This document shows positions 8,046-18,599 of a stretch of 36,505 nt of DNA, piece by piece; the first letter of the stretch is position 1; every line of letters starts with the position of its first letter. The DNA is from an uncultured Deinococcales bacterium (lineage in GTDB: Bacteria > Deinococcota > Deinococci > Deinococcales > JAAFIG01). The notes under the pieces were generated by a model. The model was given only the letters and a program-made list of their open reading frames with translations, did no database searches and was not told where the DNA came from. The position numbers and the translations under genes were made by a program. Location of the stretch: positions 1 to 36,505 of the forward strand of contig CAXTKV010000026.1 of assembly GCA_964244895.1 (NCBI GenBank), given 5' to 3'.

Positions 8046-9389
8046 ATGCCGATCACCAGAGCAGAAATCCTCACGACCCTCAAATCAGAGAACGTCAAGT
8101 TCCTACGCTTGCAATTCACCGATATTCTCGGCATCGCCAAGAACGTCGAAGTGCCGCAAAGCCAGTTCGAGAAAGCCCTGGATGGGCAGATCATGTTCGA
8201 TGGTTCCGCCATCGAGGGATTCACGCGCATCGAAGAATCCGACATGCTGCTGCACCCGGATTTGCAAACTTTCCGGGCGTTCCCGGCTTTTTCCGCGTCC
8301 GACGCGAAGTACGGGCGGGTGGCGCGGGTGATCTGCGATGTCGCCCTGCCGGACGGCACGCCCTTCGTCGGCGATCCGCGAGTGACGCTCAAACGTCAGG
8401 TCGAGAAGGCCCGCAAGGCCGGATTCGACGATGTCAACTGCGGCCCGGAATGCGAGTTCTTCCTGTTCCAGCGCACCCCCGAAGGGGTCGCCACGACCAT
8501 CACCCACGACGCCGCCGGGTACTTCGATCTCGCGCCGGTGGACAAGGGTGAAGAGGCGCGCCGCGACATGGTCAACCACCTGGTCGAACTCGGCTTCGAG
8601 GTCGAGGCCGCGCACCACGAGGTCGCGCCCGGTCAGCACGAGATCGATTTCAAATACGACACGGCCCTGCACACCGCAGACGCGATCAGCACCTTCAAGT
8701 TCGTGATCAAACGCGTTGCGCTGGAACACGGCCTGCACGCCTGCTTCATGCCCAAACCGATCGCGGGCATCAACGGCAGCGGCATGCACACGCACCTGTC
8801 GCTCTTCAAGGGCGGCGAAAATGCCTTCTACGACGCCAAAGGCCAATACCAGCTTTCGAAGACGGCGTTGTTTTTCATCGGCGGCCTGCTCGAGCACGCG
8901 CCCGGCATGGCGGCCATCACCAACCCGCTCGTGAACAGCTACAAAAGGCTCGTGCCGGGTTACGAGGCACCGACCAACGTCGCCTGGAGCGCCTCGAACC
9001 GCAGCGCCATGATCCGGGTTCCGTCGCGGCGCGGGGTCGGGACGCGAGCCGAATTTCGCGCGCCGGATTCGGCCTCCAACCCGTACCTGGCCTTGACCGT
9101 CATGATCGCCGCCGGGCTGGACGGCATCAAGAACAAGATGGAGCCGCCGCCGCCGATCCAGCGCAACATTTTTGAAATGAGCGTCCGCGACCGCCGCCGC
9201 CACAAGGTTTCCAGCTTCCCGACGACGCTGCGCGAGGCGCTGGACGATTTCGAGAAGGACTCGACCATGCGCGATGCGCTCGGCGAGCACGTCTTCGACC
9301 ACTATCTGGAGGCCAAACGCACCGAGTGGCGTTCCTACGCGGGCAGCGTCCACCAGTGGGAACTGGATCGCTACCTCGAAATCGTTTAA
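8046..9389 (+). CDS. glnA: Glutamine synthetase type I (GSI-alpha-like)
   Basis: AAGGAG RBS before ATG 8046; LQFTDILG, FDGSAIEGF..IEESDM, HHEVAPGQHEIDF, FMPKP..GINGSGMH, GYEAP, EFRAPD; the adenylylation-site Tyr is Phe (NIFEM). Confidence 0.96.
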   Translation: MPITRAEILTTLKSENVKFLRLQFTDILGIAKNVEVPQSQFEKALDGQIMFDGSAIEGFTRIEESDMLLHPDLQTFRAFPAFSASDAKYGRVARVICDVALPDGTPFVGDPRVTLKRQVEKARKAGFDDVNCGPECEFFLFQRTPEGVATTITHDAAGYFDLAPVDKGEEARRDMVNHLVELGFEVEAAHHEVAPGQHEIDFKYDTALHTADAISTFKFVIKRVALEHGLHACFMPKPIAGINGSGMHTHLSLFKGGENAFYDAKGQYQLSKTALFFIGGLLEHAPGMAAITNPLVNSYKRLVPGYEAPTNVAWSASNRSAMIRVPSRRGVGTRAEFRAPDSASNPYLALTVMIAAGLDGIKNKMEPPPPIQRNIFEMSVRDRRRHKVSSFPTTLREALDDFEKDSTMRDALGEHVFDHYLEAKRTEWRSYAGSVHQWELDRYLEIV

Positions 9390-9412
9390 CCCGCAGTGTG
9401 CCCCTCGAGAAT

Positions 9413-9452
9413 ACCGTCCAGCACGCGTTCATGAATTTGTGTACTGGACGGT
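9413..9452. repeat. Intergenic element, 40-bp form
   Basis: CTCGAGaat ACCGTC cagc ACG N14 TGT actg GACGGT, 24 bp after the glnA stop. Confidence 0.85.
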
Positions 9453-9651
9453 GCGCCGGGATGTGACTCGAGCACCATCGAGGATTCGCTCTGTGGGACT
9501 AACCGGAGTGCGCCACGAACTGAACGCTCGAGTCCGAGAACCGTATGCGACGCCCGGATGGGCGCTCGCTCCAGTCGTTTCGAACGATCCTCGAGCCGCA
9601 CGGAATCGGCTGAAAATGTGTGTCCTGAATATATCTATCCCCGATGAAAAC

Positions 9652-9708
9652 ACCGTTCCAAACGCGCTTTTCTCGAGCCAATGCGCGAAACATACCGTCG
9701 TGAACGGT
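9652..9708. repeat. Intergenic element, atypical 57-bp spacing
   Basis: ACCGTT ccaa ACG N31 CGT cgtg AACGGT; right arm is a full ACCGT-N5-ACGGT palindrome. Confidence 0.65.
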
Positions 9709-9782
9709 GTTCTTGGAACGTAAAACGCGATTTTAATTGACTGGTCAACGATTTCTCAAGACCAAATGTTTCACCCCTCGCA

Positions 9783-9811
9783 TTGACAGCCCCATGACCG
9801 TCGCCTATATT
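9783..9811 (+). promoter_or_regulatory. Sigma70-type promoter of the liv operon
   Basis: TTGACA-N17-TATATT ending 77 bp upstream of the livK ATG (AGGAGG RBS). Confidence 0.75.
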
Positions 9812-9887
9812 TGGGGCGGCATCCAATCAGGAGGTCTCACGGCCAATCCACACAGATCGCGTCGTGATTCTGCTTTAGGAGGAAGGG

Positions 9888-11075
9888 ATGAAGAAACCAG
9901 CTTTGGTTCTCGGAGTTGCTCTGGCGGTCGGTGCGGTACTCGTGTCCGCTCAAGCGCAGAACAAAGGAACGATCAAGATCGTCTCGCAAACCCCCCTCTC
10001 AGGCGGACAGGCCGTCCTCGGAGAGGCCATCAAGAACGGCGTCACCATGGCGGTCGAAGAGTTCGGCAAGACGGTCACAGCCTACGGCTTCCGTTTCGTC
10101 TACGAGCCCTACGACGACCAAGCGACCCCGACCGTCGGCACGACCAACGCCAACCGCATCATCAACGACGCGGACGTGCTGGGCGTGGTCGGACACCTCA
10201 ACTCGGGCGTGGCCATCCCCTCGAGCGAGGTTTACTCCAAGGTCGGTCTGGCCGCCGTCAGCCCCGCCAACACCAACCCGAAGGTCACGGATCGCAAGAG
10301 CACCTCGGGCGTCATGAGCCGCGTCTGCGGTCGCGACGACGTGCAAGGCCCAGCCGGTGCGGAATTCGCCGTCGCCAAGGGCTGGAAGAAAATCTACGTC
10401 CTGAACGACAAGACCGCCTACGGTCAGGGCATCGCCGACGCGTTCAGCAAGCGCGCCAAGGAACTCGGCGCGACCATCATGGTCGAGACGGGCTTCGACT
10501 CGAAGGACACCGATTTCAGCTCGGTGCTGAACCGCGCCGCCGCCGACAAGCCCGATGTCATTTACTTCGGCGCGATCTACGATCAGGCCGGGTTGCTGGT
10601 CAAGCAGGCCAAGCAGAAGGGCATCACCGCCGCGTTCCTCGGTGGCGACGGCTGGGACGGCTCGGATCTTCAGAAGATCGCTGGCCCGGAGAACATCAAG
10701 AACGTCTACTTCACCACCACCAGCGCGCCCGTCTCGGCGCTGCCCGCCGCCAAGCGCTTCGGCGACAAGTACAAGGCCAAGTTCGGCAAGGACCCCGAAG
10801 GCTACAGCGCCTACGGCTACGATGCCGCGCGCGTCGTGATCCAGGGCATTTCCGCCGCCATCAAGGGCGCGAACGGTGCCAAGCCCAGCCGCGAGGCTGT
10901 CGCCAAGGCGATCCGTACCGTCAAGTTCAACGGCATCACGGGTCGCGTCGAGTTCAACGACCGCGGCGACCTGAAAATCGCCAAGTACTTCGTGATCGAA
11001 GCCCAGGGCGAGTACACGGCCAACAAGGTCGTCAAGAGCGTCAGCGTGGCTGCGCCGACGCCAGACCTGCAGTAA
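9888..11075 (+). CDS. livK: Branched-chain amino acid ABC transporter substrate-binding protein
   Basis: Signal peptide; PLSG, YDDQA, VVGHLNSG, RVCGRDDVQG, DKTAYGQG, YGYDA motifs. Confidence 0.92.
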   Translation: MKKPALVLGVALAVGAVLVSAQAQNKGTIKIVSQTPLSGGQAVLGEAIKNGVTMAVEEFGKTVTAYGFRFVYEPYDDQATPTVGTTNANRIINDADVLGVVGHLNSGVAIPSSEVYSKVGLAAVSPANTNPKVTDRKSTSGVMSRVCGRDDVQGPAGAEFAVAKGWKKIYVLNDKTAYGQGIADAFSKRAKELGATIMVETGFDSKDTDFSSVLNRAAADKPDVIYFGAIYDQAGLLVKQAKQKGITAAFLGGDGWDGSDLQKIAGPENIKNVYFTTTSAPVSALPAAKRFGDKYKAKFGKDPEGYSAYGYDAARVVIQGISAAIKGANGAKPSREAVAKAIRTVKFNGITGRVEFNDRGDLKIAKYFVIEAQGEYTANKVVKSVSVAAPTPDLQ

Positions 11076-11092
11076 GTCTTTGATCTCAGACG

Positions 11093-11116
11093 CGGGGGTG
11101 GGGAAACCCACCCCCG
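11093..11116 (+). terminator. GC-rich stem-loop after livK (terminator or mRNA stabiliser)
   Basis: CGGGGGTGGG-GAAA-CCCACCCCCG 10-bp stem with GNRA loop, weak U tract. Confidence 0.6.
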
Positions 11117-11311
11117 TTCGCTATAAACCCAGCCGATAGGCAGAGGGCTCGAGAACCGCGTCTCAGACGGTGCTGCTGATATTGAGCGTTGAGAAATTTG
11201 CCGAGATTGCGGACGATCACCCGGACGTGCGAACCCGAACCCACTTTTGAACCCGCACGCCGTCTCGAGTCACCCTGAAGCTCACCTGTCAGAACAAGAG
11301 AGGTCAAAAAC

Positions 11312-12283
11312 TTGAGTCTCGAGGGCTTATTTCTGCTCTTACCTCCGACCCTGGTTGACGGGTTGGTGCTGGGTCTGGTGTACGCCGTGATCGCGTTGGG
11401 CTACACGATGGTCTACGGCGTCCTGGAATTCATCAACTTCGCTCACTCTGAACTCTTCATGTTCGGCGCGATCGTCGGTGTCGAACTGTTGATCAATATC
11501 CTGTCCAAAACCTCGATCCACCCGCTCATACAGTTGATATTCGCGTTGATCGTCGGTGGCGCGGCGGCGGGCTTGCTGGCCGTGACGGTCGAGCGCGTCG
11601 CGTACCGCCCGTTGCGGTTGCGCGGTGCGCCGAAACTCGTGTCGTTGATCACGGCCATCGGCATGAGCCTGTTTCTTCAGGACGCCGTGCGTTTCGTCGA
11701 AAGCCTGTTCGGCAATTACAACCGACCCTTCCCTGGCTACACGCCCGATTTCTTCGGGTCGCAAATCCAGTTGTCCCAGACGGCATCGATTTCTTATAAG
11801 TCGCTGACCATCATGGTCGTGTCCGGCTTGATGCTGGCGGCCCTGACGTACCTGGTCAACCGCACCCGCACCGGGCGCGCCATCCGCGCCGTGGCCCAGG
11901 ATCAGGGTACGAGTTCGCTGATGGGCATCAACGTCACCAGCATCATCACGATTACCTTCCTGGTCGGTGGAACGCTGGGCGGCGTGGCGGGCGTGCTGTA
12001 CGCCATGCAGTTCGGTAACGCGGCCCCATTCATGGGTTTCGTGCCGGGCATCAAGGCCTTCACCGCCGCCGTGCTGGGCGGCATCGGTAACATTCCCGGT
12101 GCCATGATCGGCGGCATTGTGCTGGGTCTGATCGAGACGCTAGCGGCGACCTACCTGCCGATCTTCACCAACAACGTCATCGGATCGGAATACAAGGACA
12201 TCATCGCTTTCGGCGTGCTGATCCTGATTCTGATTTTCAAACCCACCGGCCTGCTCGGGAAGGCGGTGGCAGAGAAAGTATGA
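11312..12283 (+). CDS. livH: Branched-chain amino acid ABC transporter permease
   Basis: YAVIALGYTMVYGVLEFINFAH, GRAIRAVAQD, KAFTAAVLGGIGNIPGA; TTG start with GAGAGG RBS. Confidence 0.94.
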   Translation: MSLEGLFLLLPPTLVDGLVLGLVYAVIALGYTMVYGVLEFINFAHSELFMFGAIVGVELLINILSKTSIHPLIQLIFALIVGGAAAGLLAVTVERVAYRPLRLRGAPKLVSLITAIGMSLFLQDAVRFVESLFGNYNRPFPGYTPDFFGSQIQLSQTASISYKSLTIMVVSGLMLAALTYLVNRTRTGRAIRAVAQDQGTSSLMGINVTSIITITFLVGGTLGGVAGVLYAMQFGNAAPFMGFVPGIKAFTAAVLGGIGNIPGAMIGGIVLGLIETLAATYLPIFTNNVIGSEYKDIIAFGVLILILIFKPTGLLGKAVAEKV

Positions 12284-13764
12284 ACATGCAAAGTATCAAC
12301 GCGTCTCGAGACTGGACCGTGCCTGTGCTGGTTTACACCGTCGTCGTCGGTTTGTTGAAGGTCTTCGTCTTCGGCGGCGCGAACCTGCTCGATTCGTTGG
12401 TGTTCATCGCCTTCGTCGGTAGCTTGCTGTTGGTCACATCGTTCAAGACCCAGCGATGGGCGCAGTTGGTGGTGGCTCTGCTGGTGCTGGCCATCGGCAT
12501 TCCGTACATCGGATTGGCCAACACGTTTTACCTGAACGTGGCCGTGGACATCGCCATTTACGCGGCGCTCGCGCTCGGATTGAACATCGTGGTCGGGTTC
12601 GCGGGCTTGCTGGATCTCGGGTACGTCGCGTTTTTCGCCACGGGCGCGTACCTTTGGGGCATTTTCGGGTCGCCGCAGGCCAACGAATTCGCTCCTAAAT
12701 CTCTCGGGAGCGCCGAACTTACGACGATTCTGGTCGGGCTGGTCGTGGCTGGCGTGCTGGGTGCGGGATGGTGGTTCACGAGGGCGCTCAAACCGAACTG
12801 GTTGATCGGGTTGTTGCGAACCGTCGGTATCATCGTGGCCGGGTATCTGGTGCTTCAATCCTTGATCACCTTGCTGATTTCCGGGCGCAAATTTCCGCTG
12901 TCCGGCGATCCGTATTTTTTCGTGTTCGTGGTGCTGGCCGTGGTCGTTGCGGCGGGCGTGGGTGCTTTACTGGGCCTGCCCGTGCTGAAGGTCAAGGGCG
13001 ATTACCTGGCGATCATCACGCTGGGACTGGGTGAAGTGATTCGCGTGCTGGCCAACAACCTCAACCACCCGGTCAACATCACCAACGGCCCGCAGGGGAT
13101 CACGCCGATCAACCAACCCCTGGCGGGACTGGCGAACCAGCTCTCCTCGAGCATCGCCTTCCCGACGGAGCCGTTCAGGTGGCAACTTCTGATTTTTTAC
13201 GCCGTCGGTATCGCTGTGATCGCGGTCGCCATTCTGGTGACGCAGCGCCTGGATCACTCGAAGATCGGGCGCGCGTGGGTAGCCATCCGCGAGGATGAGA
13301 TCGCGGCACAGGCGATGGGTGTGCCGTTGGTCGCGACCAAACTGATCGCCTTCGCCACCGGCGCGAGCTTCGCGGGCGCGATGGGTGTGGTCTTTGCGGC
13401 CAAGCAGTCCTTCATCAGTCCAGAGAGTTTCGACATCAACCAGTCCATCGGCATTGTCGCGATGGTCGTGCTGGGCGGACTGGGTTCTATTCGGGGCGCG
13501 CTGGTCGGTGCGGTGCTGGTCAAATCTTTAGAGGTGATCCTGCTGCCCGCGTTGGGCAACCTGTTTAACGATCTTCGCGCATCTGGAACGCTCAATCTGC
13601 CCTCGCAGTTCGAGGTCACGAAGTACCAGCGATTGATCTTCGGTGTGATTCTGATCCTGATGATGATTTACCGTCCACAAGGTCTGATTCCGGCTCAACG
13701 ACGCGCGGCGGAGTTGACGCATCACGATGACGACGGTCCCGCCACGACGGGAGCCAACACGTGA
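12280..13764 (+). CDS. livM: Branched-chain amino acid ABC transporter permease
   Basis: LGLNIVVGFAGLLDLGYVAFF, GDYLAIITLGLGE, GRAWVAIREDEIAA; overlaps the livH stop. Confidence 0.94.
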   Translation: MNMQSINASRDWTVPVLVYTVVVGLLKVFVFGGANLLDSLVFIAFVGSLLLVTSFKTQRWAQLVVALLVLAIGIPYIGLANTFYLNVAVDIAIYAALALGLNIVVGFAGLLDLGYVAFFATGAYLWGIFGSPQANEFAPKSLGSAELTTILVGLVVAGVLGAGWWFTRALKPNWLIGLLRTVGIIVAGYLVLQSLITLLISGRKFPLSGDPYFFVFVVLAVVVAAGVGALLGLPVLKVKGDYLAIITLGLGEVIRVLANNLNHPVNITNGPQGITPINQPLAGLANQLSSSIAFPTEPFRWQLLIFYAVGIAVIAVAILVTQRLDHSKIGRAWVAIREDEIAAQAMGVPLVATKLIAFATGASFAGAMGVVFAAKQSFISPESFDINQSIGIVAMVVLGGLGSIRGALVGAVLVKSLEVILLPALGNLFNDLRASGTLNLPSQFEVTKYQRLIFGVILILMMIYRPQGLIPAQRRAAELTHHDDDGPATTGANT

Positions 13765-14600
13765 GCGCGCTGCTGGATGTTCAGGCGCTTCGCAAGGTCT
13801 TCGGCGGTCTGGTGGCCGTCAACGACGTGACCTTCACCGTCCCGGAGCGCGCCATCGTCAGCGTGATCGGGCCGAACGGCGCGGGAAAGACGACGTTCTT
13901 CAACGTCATCACGGGTATCTACCAACCGGATGGTGGCGCAATCCAGTTTGCGGGCTCGAGTCTGGTCGGATTGCGACCCGATCAGGTGGTCGAACGCGGT
14001 ATCTCGAGGACGTTTCAGAACATTCGTCTTTTCGGTGCGATGACCGCCCTGGAGAACGTCATGGTCGGGCGGCACACGCGCTCCTCGACGCGCTACGTGG
14101 ATGCCCTCCTGCACACCAAGCGTTACCGCGACGACGAACAAGAAAGCCAGCGTCGCGCCAGGGAACTGCTGAAGTTCATCAGCCTGGATCACAAACAGAA
14201 CGAACTGGCCGCCAACCTGCCTTACGGCGAGCAGCGCCGCCTCGAGATCGCGCGGGCGCTGGCCACCAACCCCAAGCTGATCCTGCTGGACGAACCCACG
14301 GCGGGCATGAACCCTCAAGAAACCGAGGAAGCCAAGCACCTGATCCGCCGCGTGCGCGACGATCAGGGCATCACGGTCGTGCTGATCGAGCACGACATGC
14401 GCGTGGTCATGACGATTTCTGACAGCGTGACGGTGCTCGATTACGGTACGAAGATCGCAGAGGGCTTGCCGGGTGAGGTGCGCCGCAACCCGAAAGTCAT
14501 CGAGGCGTACCTGGGTTCCGGCGCGGCGGCGGGCGAGTTCGGGTTGGACAGGGATAAAAACGATTCGGGCGGCGCGACGCCCAGCGGAGGTGCAGCGTGA
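13761..14600 (+). CDS. livG: Branched-chain amino acid ABC transporter ATP-binding protein
   Basis: GPNGAGKTT, RTFQNIRLF, LPYGEQRRLEIARAL, LLDEP, IEHDM. Confidence 0.95.
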   Translation: MSALLDVQALRKVFGGLVAVNDVTFTVPERAIVSVIGPNGAGKTTFFNVITGIYQPDGGAIQFAGSSLVGLRPDQVVERGISRTFQNIRLFGAMTALENVMVGRHTRSSTRYVDALLHTKRYRDDEQESQRRARELLKFISLDHKQNELAANLPYGEQRRLEIARALATNPKLILLDEPTAGMNPQETEEAKHLIRRVRDDQGITVVLIEHDMRVVMTISDSVTVLDYGTKIAEGLPGEVRRNPKVIEAYLGSGAAAGEFGLDRDKNDSGGATPSGGAA

Positions 14601-15337
14601 CGACCTCTGAGGCTGGCTCGAACGAGGTCATGCTCGAGCTGCGAGACGTGCACACCTACTACGGTCAGATTCACGCCCTCAAGGGCATCACCTTCACCGT
14701 TAAACGCGGTGAGATCGTCTGCTTGATCGGCGGCAACGGCGCGGGCAAGACGACCACGCTGCGCACGATTAGCAACCTCAAGACGCCCAAACGCGGCGAG
14801 GTCACGTACAAGGGCCAGAAACTGAACACGATCCTGCCGCACGAGATCGTCAAGCTGGGCATGGCGCACGTCCCCGAGGGACGCCGGATCTTCCCACGAT
14901 TGACCGTGCGCGAAAACCTCGAGATCGGCGCCTTCAGCGTCACCAACCGCGATCTGATCGTGGAACGCATGAATCGCGGCTTCGAGTTGTTCCCGCGCCT
15001 CAAAGAGCGCGAAAAGCAGCTCGGCGGCACGCTTTCCGGCGGAGAACAACAGATGTTGGCGGTGGCGCGCGCGCTGATGCAGGATCCCGAGTTGATCCTC
15101 TTGGACGAGCCCTCGATGGGACTCTCACCAATTTTTGTCGAGACGATCTTCGAGATCATCAAGGAACTGAACGCCAAGGGCAAGACGATCCTGCTGGTCG
15201 AGCAGAACGCCCTGATGGCGCTCGGCGTGTCCAATCGTGGGTACGTCCTGCAGACCGGCGAGATCGTGCTGGAGGGCACGGGCGAGAGCCTGGCCAGGAA
15301 CGAGGAGGTTCGCAAGAAGTACCTCGGTGAAGACTGA
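14597..15337 (+). CDS. livF: Branched-chain amino acid ABC transporter ATP-binding protein
   Basis: GGNGAGKTT, VPEGRRIF, LSGGEQQMLA, LLDEPSMGL, VEQNA. Confidence 0.95.
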   Translation: MTTSEAGSNEVMLELRDVHTYYGQIHALKGITFTVKRGEIVCLIGGNGAGKTTTLRTISNLKTPKRGEVTYKGQKLNTILPHEIVKLGMAHVPEGRRIFPRLTVRENLEIGAFSVTNRDLIVERMNRGFELFPRLKEREKQLGGTLSGGEQQMLAVARALMQDPELILLDEPSMGLSPIFVETIFEIIKELNAKGKTILLVEQNALMALGVSNRGYVLQTGEIVLEGTGESLARNEEVRKKYLGED

Positions 15338-15396
15338 ACGGCAAAGCCGAACGGCTCGTGCGCGCTGCACTCTCTGGGAGCATCAACTTAAAGAAC

Positions 15397-15545
15397 ACCG
15401 TCCCACACGGTGCTGATCAACGAAACACCGTCCTGCACACGTTTTTAAGAAACGGTTCCTGAGTTTTCGGCGCTGGAAGGGATCTCGTTCGCTCGGGCCA
15501 ACACGTCTCAGAAAAGCCTGAACTCGAGAAACATCGTCCAGGACG
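15397..15545. repeat. Cluster of half-sites/monomers of the intergenic element
   Basis: AAGAACACCGTcccacACGGTG (15391-15412), AAACACCGTCctgcACA (core 15427, 30 bp after the first), AACATCGTCcaggACG (core 15533). Confidence 0.6.
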
Positions 15546-15680
15546 CCTAAAAACGATTTCCCGAAACCTGTCACGGTTCCGTCACGAATTCTCGACATGA
15601 GAAACCCGAATTGATAGACTCCGAGCGCTCGTTCGGAAAGCCGAAGAGGCTTTCGAGACAGCAAGACCTGAGGAGGTTGT

Positions 15681-17291
15681 ATGAAGAAATTCATCGGAAT
15701 CGCGGCCCTGGCCGTCCTGGGCGCGGGCGCGTTCATCGCGGCCACCGCGCAAGGTGGGAAACCCATCGTGGTCGCCTCGAACCAGCCCGCCAGTCTGGCT
15801 CCGGGCAAGATCAGCGACGGCAACTCGATCTTCGTGCAGGATCAGATTTACGACCGCCTGCTCGAGTTCAAGGCGGGCACGACCGATGTCGAACCCAGCT
15901 TGGCCCTGTCAGTTCGTCCGAACGCGACTTCGAGCGTCTGGACGATCAACCTGCGTCCCGGCGTGAGTTTCCAGGACGGCACGCCGTTCAACGCCGACGC
16001 TGTGAAGTTCAACTTCGATTTCTGGTGGGACGACACGCGAGCCACCTTCCACGAGGATGGCGATTCCATCGTCCCGGAGATCTTCGGCGATTACAAATCC
16101 TCGAAGAACGCGACCTCGTTGATCAAAACCGTCGAGGTCGTCAACAGCTTGACCGTCAAGGTCACGCTCTCCTCGCCAGTTGCCAATTTCGATGAATTGA
16201 TGGCGACCGGGTACTTCGGCATGGCCAGTCCGACCGCCATCAAGAAGGCCGGCGAGGACAAGTACGGTACGGCTTCTACGATTCCTGTCGGCACGGGGCC
16301 GTACACCCTTCAATCCTGGCAGACGGGCGACCGCATCGTGCTTGCAGCCAACAAAAACTACTGGCGCAAAGGCTTCCCCAAGAACCCCGGCGCGATTGTT
16401 CGTTTCATCACTGACGCAGCGGCGCGTATCGCTGAATTGCGTGCGGGCAGCGTTGATCTGCTTCCAACTGGAGCCATTCCTTACGACAACCTGACGGCCC
16501 TCAAAGGTGATGCGAACGTCACGCCCATTTTCCTGCCGAGCTTTAACGTCGGCTACCTCGGTCTCAATCAAACGAAAACCCTCAATGGTGCGAAGAATCC
16601 GCTGGCTGACTTGAAAGTTCGCCAAGCCCTGGCTGCCGCGATCAACAAGAAAGCCATCGTGGAAGCGTTCTACGGCGAGTACGGCATCACCAGCCCGTTC
16701 ATTCCGCCGACCTCCCTGGACTGGACGTACTCCAAGAACGTCAAAGATTACGTCTACAACGTCGAAGCCGCCAAGAAGCTGCTGGCCGACGCCGGGTACA
16801 AGGATGGCTTCTCGATGGAACTCTGGTACATGCCCGTCTCGAGGCCGTACTACCCGAATGCCAAACCGATTGCCGAGGCGATGGCCAAGGATCTCGCGGC
16901 GGTCGGTATCAAGGCTGAACTCAAGACCAAGGACTGGGGCGCGTACCTGAGCGACGCGAGCGATGGCAAGTTCCAGGCGTTCTTGCTCGGCTGGACGGGC
17001 GATTACAACGACCCGGACAACTTCTACACGCCGCTGATCGGACCGGGCAATGTCAAGTCAACGGGTTACGACAATGCCACCTACTTCAAGCTCTTGGAGC
17101 AGGGCCGTGGAGCCATCAGTAAGGCGCAGAAGGCGACGATTTACCAGCAGGTCTCGGAAATTCTTTACAACGATATCGTCAAGATTCCAATTGTCCATTC
17201 CAAGCCCCTTCAGGCCAAGCGTGCCAACGTTGACGGCTGGGTTCCCAGCCCGTTGGGAAGCGTGTTCCTGGCTGATCTCTCGGTGAAGTAA
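15681..17291 (+). CDS. dppA: Peptide ABC transporter substrate-binding protein (family 5, DppA-like)
   Basis: GAGGAGG RBS, signal peptide, LRPGVSFQDGTPFNADAVKFNF, PVGTGPY, MPVSRPYYPN, GWTGDYNDPDNF. Confidence 0.88.
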   Translation: MKKFIGIAALAVLGAGAFIAATAQGGKPIVVASNQPASLAPGKISDGNSIFVQDQIYDRLLEFKAGTTDVEPSLALSVRPNATSSVWTINLRPGVSFQDGTPFNADAVKFNFDFWWDDTRATFHEDGDSIVPEIFGDYKSSKNATSLIKTVEVVNSLTVKVTLSSPVANFDELMATGYFGMASPTAIKKAGEDKYGTASTIPVGTGPYTLQSWQTGDRIVLAANKNYWRKGFPKNPGAIVRFITDAAARIAELRAGSVDLLPTGAIPYDNLTALKGDANVTPIFLPSFNVGYLGLNQTKTLNGAKNPLADLKVRQALAAAINKKAIVEAFYGEYGITSPFIPPTSLDWTYSKNVKDYVYNVEAAKKLLADAGYKDGFSMELWYMPVSRPYYPNAKPIAEAMAKDLAAVGIKAELKTKDWGAYLSDASDGKFQAFLLGWTGDYNDPDNFYTPLIGPGNVKSTGYDNATYFKLLEQGRGAISKAQKATIYQQVSEILYNDIVKIPIVHSKPLQAKRANVDGWVPSPLGSVFLADLSVK

Positions 17292-17301
17292 GCCTGAAAA
17301 C

Positions 17302-17352
17302 ACCGTCCAGTACGTCGTTTCTACGAATTCAGAAACTCGCGTGCTGGACGGT
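17302..17352. repeat. Intergenic element, 51-bp form
   Basis: ACCGTC cagt ACG N25 CGT gctg GACGGT, 11 bp after the dppA stop. Confidence 0.85.
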
Positions 17353-17497
17353 GTGTTCACCAGTTCAAGCTTCGATGATCGATCTCGAGGACATGCGCTC
17401 AAACCTGCCGTAGAAACGGCAAAATGTTGAAAAGTGGAGTTCTCAGCGCACAGACCGAACTTTGCCTCGAGTCTCGAGTACAAAAAAGGAATTCATT

Positions 17498-18559
17498 TTG
17501 ACTGCTTACATTGCCAGACGCTTGCTCGGATTGATCCCGGTATTGTTCGGGATTTCATTGCTGGTCTTTAGCTTCGTCCACCTGATCCCCGGCGACCCCG
17601 CGCTGACCATGCTCGGCGAGCGCGCCACGCCAGAATCTACGGCTGCTGTGCGGAAGCTTCTGGGCCTGAACCAGCCGTGGTTTTTCAACCCGCAGGCCGC
17701 CGCGAAAACCGGAAACCCACTCGATTTTTTTGACGGTCAGTATTTTCGTTTCGTGGGAAACACCTTGCGCGGCAACCTGGGCGAGAGCATTTTCAGCCGG
17801 ATTCCCGTCGCTGACGAGGTCAAACGGCGCTGGCCGGCCACGTTGGAGCTTTCCATCGCCGCGATGATCTTCGCCGTCGTAGTAGGCGTTCTGATCGGCG
17901 TGCTGGCCGCGCTCCGGCGCAATTCCGTGGTGGACAACGCCAGCATGGCGCTCGCGCTGGTCGGCGTTTCGATGCCGATCTTCTGGCTCGGCATGATCCT
18001 CAAGTACATTTTCAGCGTGTACTCGCAGATCCTGCCGCCCTCGGCGCGGATCGGGGATATCTTCTCGTTGAGCTTCACGCCGCTGACGGGTTTGTACGTC
18101 CTGGACGGTTTGCTGCGCGGCCAACCGGCGGTATCCTGGGATGCGTTGTTGCACCTCTTCATGCCCGCCGTGGCGCTGGGCACGATCCCGATGGCGATCA
18201 TCGCGCGCATGACCCGCAGTGCCATGATCGAGGTGCTGAGTCAGGATTACGTCCGCACCGCCAGGGCCAAAGGCTTGCCGCAGCGCGCCGTCGTGATGAA
18301 GCACGCCCTCAGGAACGCCATGCTGCCCGTCATCACGGTGGTTGGCCTGTCGTTCGGCGGTTTGCTTTCGGGCGCGATATTGACCGAGACGATCTTTAGC
18401 TGGTCCGGCATCGGCAGCTGGATTTACGAGGGCATTCTGCAACGCGATTACCCGATCGTGCAGGGCGGCGTGATCATCGTCGCGGTCGTGTTCGTGCTGG
18501 TCAACCTGCTGGTCGATCTGTCGTACGCGCTCTTCGATCCGAGGATTCAGTACCGATGA
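17498..18559 (+). CDS. dppB: Peptide ABC transporter permease
   Basis: AAGGA RBS then TTG 17498; RRLLGLIPVL, IPGDPA, PATLEL, EAA loop DYVRTARAKGL..HALRNA, DPRI. Confidence 0.9.
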   Translation: MTAYIARRLLGLIPVLFGISLLVFSFVHLIPGDPALTMLGERATPESTAAVRKLLGLNQPWFFNPQAAAKTGNPLDFFDGQYFRFVGNTLRGNLGESIFSRIPVADEVKRRWPATLELSIAAMIFAVVVGVLIGVLAALRRNSVVDNASMALALVGVSMPIFWLGMILKYIFSVYSQILPPSARIGDIFSLSFTPLTGLYVLDGLLRGQPAVSWDALLHLFMPAVALGTIPMAIIARMTRSAMIEVLSQDYVRTARAKGLPQRAVVMKHALRNAMLPVITVVGLSFGGLLSGAILTETIFSWSGIGSWIYEGILQRDYPIVQGGVIIVAVVFVLVNLLVDLSYALFDPRIQYR

Positions 18560-18599
18560 GCCGCCCGTATTCCATCAGGCTCGAGACTCGAGGAACCCC

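Noticed and set aside
8046..9389. glnA as a gamma-glutamyl-polyamine synthetase linked to the pot cluster
   Set aside because: It retains canonical ammonium-site motifs (IEESDM, GYEAP) and lies about 20 kb from the pot genes.
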